NCBI RefSeq assembly: GCF_006345805.1
Contig: NC_043020.1
Location: 15,562,001-15,626,000, forward strand
DNA length: 64,000 bases
Direction: 5' to 3'
Source: Octopus sinensis
Lineage: Eukaryota
The notes beneath the pieces were generated by a model. That model was given only the letters and a program-made list of their open reading frames with translations. It had not been told where the DNA came from and did not search any database. The position numbers and the translations under genes were made by a program. Positions 1 to 12,997 of the stretch are shown here, one piece after another (the stretch's first letter is position 1; each line of letters begins with the position of its first letter).

Positions 1-3000
1 TGCTTTTTATGTGACACTAGCACCAGTGCTTTATATGTGGCACCAACACCAGTGTTTTTTATGTGACACTAGCACCAGTGCTTTATACGTGGCACCAGCA
101 CCAGTGTTTTTTATGTGACACTAGCACCAGTGCTTTATACGTGGCACCAGCACCAGTGCTTTTTATGTGACACTAGCACTAGTGCTTTTTATGTAACACT
201 AGCACCAGTGCTTTATATGTGGCACCAACACCAGTGTTTTTTATGTAACACTAGCACTAGTGCTTTATATGTGGCACCAACACCAGTGCTTTTTATGTGA
301 CACTAGCACTAGTGCTTTTTATGTAACACTAGCACCAGTGCTTTATATGTGGCACCAACACCAGTGCTTTTTATGTGACACTAGCACTAGTGCTTTTTAT
401 GTAACACTAGCACCAGTGCCTTATATGTGGCACCAACACCAGTGTTTTTTATGTGACACTAGCACCAGTGCTTTATACGTGGCACCAGCATCAGTGCTTT
501 TTATGTGACACTAGCACTAGTGCTTTTTATGTAACACTAGCACCAGTGCTTTATATGTGGCACCAACACCAGTGCTTTTTATGTGACACTAGCACTAGTG
601 CTTTTTATGTAACACTAGCACCAGTGCTTTATATGTGGCACCAACACCAGTGTTTTTTATGTGACACTAGCACCAGTGCTTTATACGTGGCACCAGCACC
701 AGTGCTTTTTATGTGACACTAGCACTAGTGCTTTTTATGTAACACTAGCACCAGTGCTTTATATGTGGCACCAACACCAGTGTTTTTTATGTGACACTAG
801 CACCAGTGCTTTATACGTGGCACCAGCACCAGTGCTTTTTATGTAACACTAGCACCAGTGCTTTATACGTGGCACCAGCACCAGTGCTTTTTATGTGACA
901 CTAGCACTAGTGCTTTTTATGTAACACTAGCACCAGTGCTTTATATGTGGCACCAACACCAGTGTTTTTTATGTAACACTAGCACCAGTGCTTTATACGT
1001 GGCACCAGCACCAGGCTTTTTATGTAACACTAGCACCAGTGCTTTATACGTGGCACCAGCACCAGTGCTTTTTATGTGACACTAGCACTAGTGCTTTTTA
1101 TGTAACACTAGCACCAGTGCTTTATATGTGGCACCAACACCAGTGTTTTTTATGTAACACTAGCACCAGTGCTTTATACGTGGCACCAGCACCAGTGCTT
1201 TTTATGTGACACTAGCACTAGTGCTTTTTATGTAACACTAGCACCAGTGCTTTATACGTGGCACCAGCACCAGTGCTTTTTATGTGACACTAGCACTAGT
1301 GCTTTTTATGTAACACTAGCACCAGTGCTTTATATGTGGCACCAACACCAGTGTTTTTTATGTAACACTAGCACCAGTGCTTTATACGTGGCACCAGCAC
1401 CAGTGCTTTTTATGTGACACTAGCACTAGTGCTTTTTATGTAACACTAGCACCAGTGCTTATACGTGGCACCAGCACCAGTGCTTTTTATGTGACACTAG
1501 CACTAGTGCTTTTTATGTAACACTAGCACCAGTGCTTTATATGTGGCACCAACACCAGTGTTTTTTATGTAACACTAGCACCAGTGCTTTATACGTGGCA
1601 CCAGCACCAGTGCTTTTTATGTGACACTAGCACTAGTGCTTTTTATGTAACACTAGCACCAGTGCTTTATATGTGGCACCAACACCAGTGTTTTTTATGT
1701 AACACTAGCACCAGTGCTTTATACGTGGCACCAGCACCAGTGCTTTTTATGTGACACTAGCACTAGTGCTTTTTATGTAACACTAGCACCAGTGCTTTAT
1801 ACGTGGCACCAGCACCAGTGCTTTTTATGTGACACTAGCACTAGTGCTTTTTATGTAACACTAGCACCAGTGCTTTATATGTGGCACCAACACCAGTGTT
1901 TTTTATGTAACACTAGCACCAGTGCTTTATACGTGGCACCAGCACCAGTGCTTTTTATGTGACACTAGCACTAGTGCTTTTTATGTAACACTAGCACCAG
2001 TGCTTTATACGTGGCACCAGCACCAGTGCTTTTTATGTGACACTAGCACTAGTGCTTTTTATGTAAACTAGCACCAGTGCTTTATATGTGGCACCAACAC
2101 CAGTGTTTTTTATGTAACACTAGCACCAGTGCTTTATATGTGGCACCAGCACCAGTGCTTTTTATGTGACACTAGCACTAGTGCTTTTTATGTAACACTA
2201 GCACCAGTGCTTTATATGTGGCACCAACACCAGTGTTTTTTATGTAACACTAGCACCAGTGCTTTATACGTGGCACCAGCACCAGTGCTTTTTATGTGAC
2301 ACTAGCACTAGTGCTTTTTATGTAACACTAGCACCAGTGCTTTATACGTGGCACCAGCACCAGTGCTTTTTATGTGACACTAGCACTAGTGCTTTTTATG
2401 TAACACTAGCACCAGTGCTTTATACGTGGCACCAGCACCAGTGCTTTTTATGTGACACTAGCACTAGTGCTTTTATGTAACACTAGCACCAGTGCTTTAT
2501 ACGTGGCACCAGCACCAGTGCTTTTTATGTGACACTAGCACTAGTGCTTTTTATGTAACACTAGCACCAGTGCTTTATATGTGGCACCAACACCAGTGTT
2601 TTTTATGTAACACTAGCACCAGTGCTTTATATGTGGCACCAACACCAGTGTTTTTTATGTAACACTAGCACCAGTGCTTTATATGTGGCACCAACACCAG
2701 TGTTTTTTATGTAACACTAGCACCAGTGCTTTATATGTGGCACCAACACCAGTGTGTTTTTATGTAACACTAGCACCAGTGCTTTATATGTGGCACCAAC
2801 ACCAGTGTTTTTATGTAACACTAGCACCAGTGCTTTATACGTGGCACCAGCACCAGTGCTTTTTATGTGACACTAGCACTAGTGCTTTTTATGTAACACT
2901 AGCACCAGTGCTTTATATGTGGCACCAACACCAGTGTTTTTATGTAACACTAGCACCAGTGTTTATATGTGGCACAAACCCAGTGTTTTTTATGTAACAC

Positions 3001-5450
3001 TAGCACCAGTGCTTTATATGTGGCACCAACACCAGTGTTTTTTATGTAACACTAGCACCAGTGCTTTATATGTGGCACCAACACCAGTGTTTTTTATGTA
3101 ACACTAGCACCAGTGCTTTATATGTGGCACCAACACCAGTGTTTTTTATGTAACACTAGCACCAGTGCTTTATACGTGGCACCAGCACCAGTGCTTTTTA
3201 TGTGACACTAGCACTAGTGCTTTTTATGTAACACTAGCACCAGTGCTTTATATGTGGCACCAACACCAGTGTTTTTTATGTAACACTAGCACCAGTGCTT
3301 TATATGTGGCACCAACACCAGTGTTTTTTATGTAACACTAGCACCAGTGCTTTATATGTGGCACCAACACCAGTGTTTTTTATGTAACACTAGCACCAGT
3401 GCTTTATATGTGGCACCAACACCAGTGTTTTTTATGTAACACTAGCACCAGTGCTTTATATGTGGCACCAACACCAGTGTTTTTTATGTAACACTAGCAC
3501 CAGTGCTTTATACGTGGCACCAGCACCAGGCTTTTTATGTGACACTAGCACTAGTGCTTTTTTATGTTAACACTAGCACCAGTGCTTTATATGTGGCACC
3601 AACACCAGTGTTTTTTATGTAACACTAGCACCAGTGCTTTATACGTGGCACCAGCACCAGTGCTTTTTATGTGACACTAGCACTAGTGCTTTTATGTAAC
3701 ACTAGCACCAGTGCTTTATACGTGGCACCAGCACCAGTGCTTTTTATGTGACACTAGCACTAGTGCTTTTTATGTAACACTAGCACCAGTGCTTTATATG
3801 TGGCACCAACACCAGTTTTTTTATGTAACACTAGCACCAGTGCTTTATACGTGGCACCAGCACCAGTGCTTTTTATGTGACACTAGCACTAGTGCTTTTT
3901 ATGTAACACTAGCACCAGGTTTATACGTGGCACCAGCACCAGTGCTTTTTATGTGACACTAGCACTAGTGCTTTTTATGTAACACTAGCACCAGTGCTTT
4001 ATATGTGGCACCAACACCAGTGTTTTTTATGTAACACTAGCACCAGTGCTTTATACGTGGCACCAGCCAGTGCTTTTTATGTGACACTAGCACTAGTGCT
4101 TTTTATGTAACACTAGCACCAGTGCTTTATATGTGGCACCAACACCAGTGTTTTTTATGTGACACTAGCACCAGTGCTTTATATGTGGCACCAACACCAG
4201 TGTTTTTTATGTAACACTAGCACCAGTGCTTTATACGTGGCACCAGCACCAGTGCTTTTTATGTGACACTAGCACTAGTGCTTTTTATGTAACACTAGCA
4301 CCAGTGCTTTATATGTGGCACCAACACCAGTGTTTTTTATGTAACACTAGCACCAGTGCTTTATACGTGGCACCAGCACCAGTGCTTTTTATGTGACACT
4401 AGCACTAGTGCTTTTTATGTAACACTAGCACCAGTGCTTTATATGTGGCACCAACACCAGTGTTTTTTATGTAACCACTAGCACCAGTGCTTTATACGTG
4501 GCACCAGCACCAGTGCTTTTTATGTAACACTAGCACCAGTGCTTTATACGTGGCACCAGCACCAGTGCTTTTTATGTGACACTAGCACTAGTGCTTTTTA
4601 TGTAACACTAGCACCAGTGCTTTATATGTGGCACCAACACCAGTGTTTTTTATGTAACACTAGCACCAGTGCTTTATACGTGGCACCAGCACCAGTGCTT
4701 TTTATGTGACACTAGCACTAGTGCTTTTTATGTAACACTAGCACCAGTGCTTTATACGTGGCACCAGCACCAGTGCTTTTTATGTGACACTAGCACTAGT
4801 GCTTTTTATGTAACACTAGCACCAGTGCTTTATATGTGGCACCAACACCAGTGTTTTTTATGTAACACTAGCACCAGTGCTTTATACGTGGCACCAGCAC
4901 CAGTGCTTTTTATGTAACACTAGCACTAGTGCTTTTTATGTAACACTAGCACCAGTGCTTTATATGTGGCACCAACACCAGTGTTTTTTATGTAACACTA
5001 GCACCAGTGCTTTATACGTGGCACCAGCACCAGTGTTTTTTATGTGACACTAGCACCAGTGCTTTATACGTGGCACCAGCACCAGTGCTTTTTATGTAAC
5101 ACTAGCACTAGTGCTTTTTATGTAACACTAGCACCAGTGCTTTATATGTGGCACCAACACCAGTGTTTTTTATGTGACACTAGCACCAGTGCTTTATACG
5201 TGGCACCAGCATCGGTGCTTTTTATGTGACACTAGCACCAGTGCTTTATATGTGGCACCAGCATCAGTGCTTTATATGTGGCACCAGAACCAGTGCTTTA
5301 TATGTGGCACCAGCACCAGGGCTTTTTACATGGCACCAGCACCAGTGTTTTTTATCTGGCATCATCACCAGTGTCTTTTTAGGTGGCACCAGCGCCAGTT
5401 CTGTTTACATGGTACCAAGATCAGTGCTCTTTATGGGCAAGCATTGCTAA
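1..5450. repeat. Satellite array of 26-bp monomers with higher-order structure (52, 78 and 130 bp units); runs off the left edge
   Basis: Monomers gtgctttatatgtggcaccaacacca, gtgctttatacgtggcaccagcacca, gtg(c/t)tttttatgtaacactagcacca and gtgctttttatgtgacactagcacta occur in linked order. Monomers degenerate over ~5210-5450. Confidence 0.97.
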
Positions 5451-5764
5451 GGTGGTTTTAGGGTAACAATTTTGTTCTGTTGTAGGTGGAAGGTCATCAA
5501 TGAAGTTTTAAAATGATTTTTTTTAGCTATGTTGCTTTTTGAGCTTAGTCACACACCTTAGAACCAATTACCAATGTAATTTGAGGTATGCCTGATTAGT
5601 GCATGTGTGTGTGTGTGTGTGTGTTATTACTGGTGTGTGGCAGACACTGTAGGGAAATATTAGAATAAAATGAAACAGAGGAAGTTAGCTGATACATAGG
5701 AGATTGTAATTTAGTGATGCTGAAGTGGGAGAAAATTAATAAATAGATGCTCCAGGGATATATT

Positions 5765-6130
5765 AGGGATGATGACGATGGTGATGATGATGATGATGAT
5801 GATGATGCTGATGGTGATGGTTGTGATGATAATGACAATGGCAGTGGTAGTGATGATGATGATGATAGCGACACTAAGGCTGTTAATGATGATCAATACG
5901 GTAGTAGTGGTGATGATGATGATGATACTGAAGATGATGATAACGATGGTAGTGGTGCTGATGGTGATGATGTTCATGACGGTAACGACAGCAATGATAA
6001 TGTCAGTAATGAAGATGAAGGTGGTGGTGATAATAGCAGTGGTAATAGTGGTCATGATGATGATGACAACAACGATGATGATGATGATAGTGATGATGAT
6101 GGTGGCATGCACGACAATTACGACTACTAA
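5765..6130. repeat. Degenerate (GAT)n/(GGT)n microsatellite
   Basis: Trinucleotide low-complexity run; explains the poly-D, poly-M and poly-I ORFs. Confidence 0.9.
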
Positions 6131-6334
6131 TTCATATATCCAACCCCTGCTGATGACCTACCACGTGACTTAACCATCACTGATTGTGGCTGATGAGTCT
6201 ATCTCTGTCTTAGAGGACACACAATATCAGCTATAAGTGTTGATAAGAGGAAGCTGTATAATAATAATAATAATAATAATGATAATAATAATAATAACGA
6301 TAATAATAATAATAATAATAACAATAATAATAAC

Positions 6335-6370
<36 letters not shown>

Positions 6371-7034
6371 GAGTGGCTTGAAATGAAGGAAAATTGAAAT
6401 GATGTACAATAGGAAGAGAACTCTAATGATATAATGTTTAAAAAAAAATCACAAAGGATCTGTTAAAAAAAGATTAAAAAAATTTTTAAAATGAAACAAA
6501 ACAATACTTCAGCAGCCTGAGAGCAGATTGGCACTTGGTATTTTAGCATCAGATATTTACAAAAAAAACAAAAAACATACATAAAGGAATAAATAAAGTA
6601 AAATATAATATAATATAATAAAGCAGGGAAAAAAAATGTTTTTAAAAATGAGGTAATCTACAATTAAAAATTAAATTTTAATTATTTTAATTGGTTTTTC
6701 ACTAATCATTTTAATCACAATGAAGAATAAATTATAGAAAGATTAGTTTGGAAAAGAAGGAGCTGATCACACTAATTCCGTTAATGCAATTTCCTGAAAG
6801 AATGTCTCTGTTCTAGTCTCATCACAGATGTGGTGTAGGAAGCTGACAAGAAAGACTAATGTATTCACAAAATCATACAACAACAACAACAACAGCAATA
6901 GGCACAAGGCCTTAAATTTTGTTGGGTGGAAGACAAAGTTTCACTGGTGGAATTTGAACTCAGAATGTAAAGCTGGAAAAAATGCTGCTAAGCATTTTGT
7001 CCTGTGATGCTAACAATTCTACCAACTTACCACT

Positions 7035-7101
<67 letters not shown>

Positions 7102-7109
7102 TGATATAT

Positions 7110-7240
7110 AACACTAAGTACAAAACCAAATATATGGCACCCTAGGCATAACACCAACATGAACTTCCAGCTTGTTGTCTCTCGAGGTCTCTGGGTGAGA
7201 CTTGGAGCCAACTTGTACAAATATAAAGCAAAAGTCAAAC

Positions 7241-7242
<2 letters not shown>
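7110..7242 (+). mobile_element. 5'-truncated 3'UTR-only copy of an R4/Dong-like LINE, flanked by (TAA)n
   Basis: Nearly identical to ~7825-7954, the 3'UTR of the next copy. TAA repeats on both sides. Confidence 0.8.
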
Positions 7243-7271
<29 letters not shown>

Positions 7272-7288
7272 AATAATAATAATGATAA

Positions 7289-7954
7289 AGAGCTGCACAA
7301 TATATTCACTGGGTAATCTGCAAAAACCTGGATTTGCCCCATGAAAAAAACTGGTGGGAACACAAACCATCTCCAGTGCTTGAAAATGACCACATCTCAC
7401 TCCTCTGGAACTTCCCCATTCAAACTGACAGAAAGATAGATGCAAATAGGCCAGACATCATATTGAAAGACTTCAAACAAAGAACATGCCTCCTCATTGA
7501 TATGACTGTCCCAATTGATATAAATGTATCTGTAAAGACCTACCAAAAACTGAGCAAATATAAAGATCTTGAAATAGAAATCAGCAAAATGTGGAACCTG
7601 AAGACTAAAACAATACCTGTTGTCATAGGTGCCCTGGGAATGATAGCAAAAGGGGCTGATTGCTACCTAACTCAGATACCAGGAAACCCCAAAATGGCAG
7701 AAATTCAAAAGATAGTGCTCATGGGAACTGCTCATATCCTACGCAAAATACTTTCTATGTAATCTCAAATTTTAAAACAAAAATAATTTTCGTATGGTTT
7801 TTTTTAGACATTCACTAGTACAACACTATATACAAAACCAAATATATGGCACACTAGGCATAACAACAACATGAACTTTCAGCCTGTTGTCTCTTGAGGT
7901 CTCTGGGTGAGACTTGGAGCCAACTTGTACAAATATAAAGCAAAAGTCAAACAT
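7289..7954 (+). mobile_element. 5'-truncated R4/Dong-like non-LTR retrotransposon (restriction-like endonuclease C-terminus plus 3'UTR)
   Basis: Frame open from 7289 (RAAQYIHWVICK..WWEHKP..LLWNFPIQTDRKIDANRPDI..LIDMTVP..KLSKYKDL..IPVVIGALG) to the stop at 7762. PD..D..K-type RLE motif. Embedded in (TAA)n. Confidence 0.88.
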
Positions 7955-8204
7955 AGAATAATAATAATAATAATGATAATAATAACAATAATCTTTTCTA
8001 CTATAGGCACAAAGCTTGGAATTTTGGGGGAGGAGAATAGTTGATTACACCAACCCCAGTATTTCACTGGTACTTAATTTATCAATCCCGAAAGGATGAA
8101 AGGCAAAGTTGACCTCAGTGAAATTTGAACTCAGAATGTAGCGATAGATGAAATACTGTTAAGCATTTCACCTGGCATACTAACAATTCTGCCAGTTCAC
8201 TGCT

Positions 8205-8253
<49 letters not shown>

Positions 8254-8910
8254 TAATAATTATAATAATAATGATTTCAAATTTTTTCCACAAGGGCAGC
8301 TTGGGGGAGGGGATTAAGTCGATTACATCAACCCAGTGTTTCACTGGTCTTTATTTTATCAACCCCAAAAGGATGAAAAGCAAGGTTGACCTTGGCAGAA
8401 TTTGAAATCAGAATGCAAAATTGGACAAAATACCTATTTCTTTACTACCCACGAGGGGCTAAACACAGAGAGGACAAACAAGGACAGACAAACGGATTAT
8501 GTCGATTATATCGACCCCAGTGCGTGACTGGTACTTATTTAATTGACACTGAAAGGATGAAAGGCAAAGTTGACCTCGGCAGAATTTGAACTCAGAACGT
8601 AGCGGCAGACGAAATACCGTGAAGCATTTCGACTGACATGCTAACGATTCTGCCAGCTCACTGCTAAGCATTTTGCTCAGTGTGCTAATGATTCTGCCAG
8701 AGGCTCAAGGCCAGGAATTGGAGAGGGTGGGGGAAGCTATTTGATTACATCAACTCTAGTGCTCAACTAGTACTTATTTTATCAATCCTGAAAGGATGAA
8801 AGGCAAAGTCAATCTCAGCAAGGTTTGAACTCAGAGCATAAAACCACAAGAAACACTGCCAAGCATTTTGTCTGTCATGCTAACCATATTTCTAGTTCAA
8901 TGATAATGAA

Positions 8911-9215
8911 TCATCATCATCATCATTTAACGTCTGCTTTCCATGCTAGCATGGGTTGGACGATTTGACTGAGGACTGGTGAACCAGATGGCTGCACCAG
9001 TTTCTACAGCTGGATGCCCTTCCTAATGCCAACCACTCCGAGAGTGTAGTGGGTGATTTTACATACCACCGGCACAAGGGACAGTCAGATGGTACTGGCA
9101 ACAGCCATGCTCAAATGGTGTTTTTGCACAAGAGCCAGTCCAGTGGCACTGGCAACGACCTTGCTCAAATGTTTTTCCATGTGCCACCGTCACAAGTGCC
9201 AGTAAGGCGACGCTG
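8911..9215 (-). mobile_element. RTE 3'UTR fragment. Other copies at ~22732-23045(-), 23095-23435(+), 27860-28030(+), 28880-29275(-), 34450-35015(+), 37865-38045(-), 38695-38945(-), 48373-48880(-, SINE-interrupted), 54675-54907(-), 58335-58512(+)
   Basis: Shared motif (cat)n-tttaacgtc(c/t)g(c/t)tttccatgctagcatgggttggacg...ctggatgcccttcctaa(t/c)gccaaccac. Confidence 0.85.
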
Positions 9216-9777
9216 AACAATCCTTTCTATTCTAGGCACAAGGCATGAAATTACATTGCCCCCAGTATTTGAGTGGTATTTATTTTACCCCGAAAGGATG
9301 AAAAGCAAAACTGACTTTGGCAGGATTTGAACTCAGAACATAAAACTGGAAGAAAGCTGCTAAGCATGTTGTCCAGCATGCTAATGATTCAACCAGCTCA
9401 CCAATGGAAGCATTAATAACAGAATCAATAGCTTCTTGCTCATGTTCAAGGTTAATTCTGGTATAGAAAGGATATAAAAATTTTGGCCTTGCACCAAAAT
9501 TTGGAACCAATACTAAGAAAAGATCAAGGTAGCTCGCTGGCAGAACCATTAGCAAGCCAGGCAAAATGCTTAGCAGCATTTTGTCTGTCTTCACATTCTG
9601 AATTCAATTTCCGCTGAGGTTGATCTTGCCTTTCATCTTTTTGGGGTCAGTAAAATATGTACCAGTTGAACACTGGGGTCGATGTAATTAACCTGCCGTA
9701 TCTCCCCACAACTTGCTGATCTTGTGTCAAAATCTGAAACCAATATTACTCATCAGACGAAATTTATTAAATCTTAC

Positions 9778-9852
9778 TTCGTTTCTTTCCCATTTATCGA
9801 CCTGGAATTTCTTTTCACCGTCCAGTTCTTCAAGAGCATGGCAAACTTCACC
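9778..9852 (-). CDS. CPOX: Coding exon of oxygen-dependent coproporphyrinogen-III oxidase (75 nt, phase 0/0): GEVCHALEELDGEKKFQVDKWERNE
   Basis: Minus strand reads ttctttccttctgtttcAG|GGTGAAGTT...AGAAACGAA|GTAAGA, a strong acceptor and donor. The peptide matches the conserved CPOX segment (human AQVCQALAQVD..NFSVDRWERKE, just before GGGG). Not in the ORF track because it is an internal exon. Confidence 0.9.
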
Positions 9853-10491
9853 CTGAAACAGAAGGAAAGAAGTAGGAGCATTATTAAGATATCAAAGTGT
9901 AAAACTTGCTATGATGGGAAGAAGACACTTGCTTAAGGTGCCACACAGTGGGACTGAACCTGGAACCATGTGGTTGGGAAGCAAGTTTCTTACCACACGG
10001 TTGCATCTTTTCTCTTTTACTTGTTACTGTGATTAGCTTGTGGCCATGCTGGGGCATTGCGTTGAAGGGTTTGGTCAAACAAATTATTCTATTACTCTCT
10101 TTTGCCAAACCAGTAAGTTACAGGGATGTAAACAAACCAACACTTGTCAAGCAGTGGAGGAGAACAAACACAAACACACACACACACACACAATCAATGG
10201 AACTCTTGTCAAAGTGTTTTTTTTATGTTTCTAATAAAACTTTGTTTTATTCTTTTACTTGTCTCAGTCATTTAACAGCAGCCATGCTGGAGCACTGCTT
10301 TAAAGGAGTTTTAGTCAAAGAAATAGAACCCAGGACTTATTCTTTGTAAGCCTAATACTTATTCTATCGGTTTCTTTTGCTGAACTGCTAAGTTATGGGG
10401 ATGTAAACACACCAACATCAGTTGTCAATTTATGGTGGGGGGACACAATGATACACATATGCGTGTGCATGTGTGTGTGTGTGTATATATA

Positions 10492-10541
<50 letters not shown>

Positions 10542-10829
10542 ATATATGATGGGCTTCTTTCAGTTTCTGTCTACCAAATCCACTCATAAGGCTTCATAAG
10601 CCTGAGGCTATAGTAGAAGACTCTTGCCTAAGGTGCAAGACAGTGGGACTGAACCCAGAACCATGTGGTCAGTAAGCAAGCTTCTTACCACACAGCCATG
10701 CCTGTGCTTGTTTATGTTTGGTCTATGTTTTCCAATAAACTCTGCTAAGTTATCTTTATTTTTTCTTTTTTTTTCTGAATTTTTCAAATTGCAAAGCTAA
10801 TTTATGGACACCCTGTAGATTTGGCAAGG

Positions 10830-11950
10830 TGCAAAATATTTCAGCTTCTAAACATTGTCCTTGTGTCTGGGTCTATATCTTGTGTTGTATCTCGTATTGA
10901 CAATCTGTAGGGCCCTTTGTCATCTCATCAAGCTGCAACAAGTCAGCTTTCACCACTTCCTCTTAACCCCTTTCATTGCTGTATTTATTTTGAGATGCTC
11001 TGTGTTTCTTTCAATTACTTTAAAAATAACAAAAAATTTAGTATAATAACTTAGTCATCATTAAGCTAGTGTTGGGAACATAAATTGTGACTAAGGTTTG
11101 GTGGAAGATTTTAATTCAAAACTTTACAGACCCAGAGCCGGTTTCAGCTGGGTTTTAACAAAAGGGTTAATTTAATCACACAGCTTAACCCTTTCATTAC
11201 TGTATTTATTTTGAGATGCTCTGTGTTTCTTTCAATTACTTTAAAAATAACAAAGAATTTAGTAAAATAACTTAGTCATCATTAAGCTAGTGTTGGGAAC
11301 ATAAATTGTGACTAAGGTTTGGTGGAAGATTTTAATTCAAAACTTTACAGACCCAGAGCCGGTTTCAGCTGGGTTTTAACAAAAAGGTTAATTTAATCAC
11401 ACAGCTTAACCCTTTCATTACTGTATTTATTTTGAGATGCTCTGTGTTTCTTTCAATTACTTGAAATATAACAAAAAATTTAGTAAAATAACTTAGTCAT
11501 CATTAAGCTAGTGTTAGGAACATAAATTGTGACTAAGGTTTGATGGAAGATTTTAATTCAAAACTTATGAAAACAAGACATTTGTACTCAGAGCCAGAGC
11601 TGGTTTCAGCTGGGTTGGTAATGAAAGGGTTAAAGTCTTCCTTGGGTTTTTCCTTACCACAGATTCCATTAACTTGGAGTGCTTGGCATTTTCTAATGCA
11701 ACAGTCAACTTCCAAATGCACTGAATGCTCATGTCAGCACAGCAGCATCTCTTGTACACTGCAGTTAATTCCTCTTATACCCAGTTTTTCTCTTCACTCA
11801 TTTGTACTCAAGCGTTCATGTGCACTAAGCACAACACATCTATCAGTTCTTTCTAGTTTTCACAAGTCTTCTACATTCAAAGCCCACATTGCATGAATCA
11901 TGCAGCATTACACTTTGAACACAAGCATCGTACAATCTATCCTTTACTAT
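10830..11950 (-). mobile_element. Old RTE-clade LINE ORF2 C-terminal fragment interrupted by a MITE triplet
   Basis: Minus-strand motifs GRLYDACV..VMLH and G+P+KT..EEVVKADL on either side of the TTAA-bounded insert. Confidence 0.65.
10967..11629 (+). mobile_element. Three tandem piggyBac-type MITEs (10967-11166, 11189-11387, 11410-11629)
   Basis: Each has the form TTAA|CCCTTTC(A/G)TTAC...GTAA(T/C)GAAAGGG|TTAA with variants. Copies 1 and 2 share a ~20-bp deletion and the spacer tttaatcacacagc. Confidence 0.85.
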
Positions 11951-12095
11951 AAGGAACCCTACTACCTCCCCAAAACACCTTTGTTGCTAGCAGAGGTAAT
12001 AGCAACAATGTCAACTACAAACTACATTAGTCATTAATAACAATTATTTACACCATTTATAACCATCAAAAGTTATTATTCTAACAACCATTACC

Positions 12096-12495
12096 CTTTT
12101 ACTCTTTTACTTGTTTCAGTCATTTGACTGTGGCCATGCTGGAGCATCGCCTTTAGTCGAGCAAATCGACCCTGGGACTTATTCTTTGTAAGCCCAGTAC
12201 ATATTCTATCCGTCTCTTTTGCCGAACCGCTCGGTGACGGGGACGTAAACATACCAGCATCGGTTGTCAAGCAATGCCAGGGGGACAAACACAGACACAC
12301 AAACACACACATACATATATGTACATATATACGACAGGCTTCTTTCAGTTTCCGTCTACCAAATCCACTCACAAGGCATTGGTCGGCCCAGGGCTATAGC
12401 AGAAGACACTTGCCCAAGATGCCATGCAGTGGGACTGAACCCGGAACCATATGGTTGGTTAGCAAGCTACTTACCACACAGCTACTCCTGCGCCT
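12096..12495 (-). mobile_element. SINE family A, full length, reverse. Other - copies at ~10250-10706, 17618-17998, 18420-19163, 21163-21533, 24883-25100, 26270-26435, 28535-28820, 45860-46215, 51010-51402, 51415-51795, 57975-58200, 59735-60290
   Basis: Reverse complement of the family A consensus seen at 16963. Confidence 0.9.
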
Positions 12496-12952
12496 ATATT
12501 AACTCCATTAATACTAACTACTATAACCAATGTGGAGCCATGTGGCTAAGTGGTAAGGGTGTTGGACTTATGGTGGTAAGATTGTGGTTTCGATTCCTGG
12601 GTTGGGTGACATGTATTCTTGAGTAAAACATTTCATTTCATGGGAACCAGGAACCAGCCTTATGATTCTATGTTACTCAGGGAGACCAACCACATTGTTC
12701 TGGGTTCAGTCCCACTGTGTGGCACCTTGGGCAAGTGTCTTCTACTTTAGCCTCGGGCTGACCAAAGCCTTGTGAGTGGATTTGGTAGATGGAAACTGAA
12801 AGAAGCCCATCGTATATATGTATATATATATATTACGATGATCCAGTTCTTGACTGAAGATTGAGGGCTTCGAATGTCCCGTCCGTGTTTTTTGTATCGT
12901 CTTCTAAGTGTTTTGCATTCTTGTCCCAGTTTGTATTTTTCTACATATAATA

Positions 12953-12997
<45 letters not shown>

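Noticed and set aside
1-5461. Many repetitive ORFs (TLAPVLYTWHQHQCFLCDTSTSAFYV)n, and the array as a possible CRISPR
   Set aside because: These are translations of a 26-bp satellite. There are no unique spacers and no cas genes, and the context is eukaryotic.
5711-6173. Asp-rich, Met-rich and Ile-rich ORFs
   Set aside because: All frames of a degenerate (GAT)n microsatellite; no splice or homology support.
6760-6850. Minus-strand FLHHICDETRTETFFQEIALTELV as the next CPOX exon
   Set aside because: It does not begin with the expected GGGG-I-x-CV segment and is not phase 0.
12850-12882. CTGAAGA...GAATGTC as another hammerhead
   Set aside because: GAAA is mutated, helix II is weak and helix I is unpaired; at most a degenerate relic.
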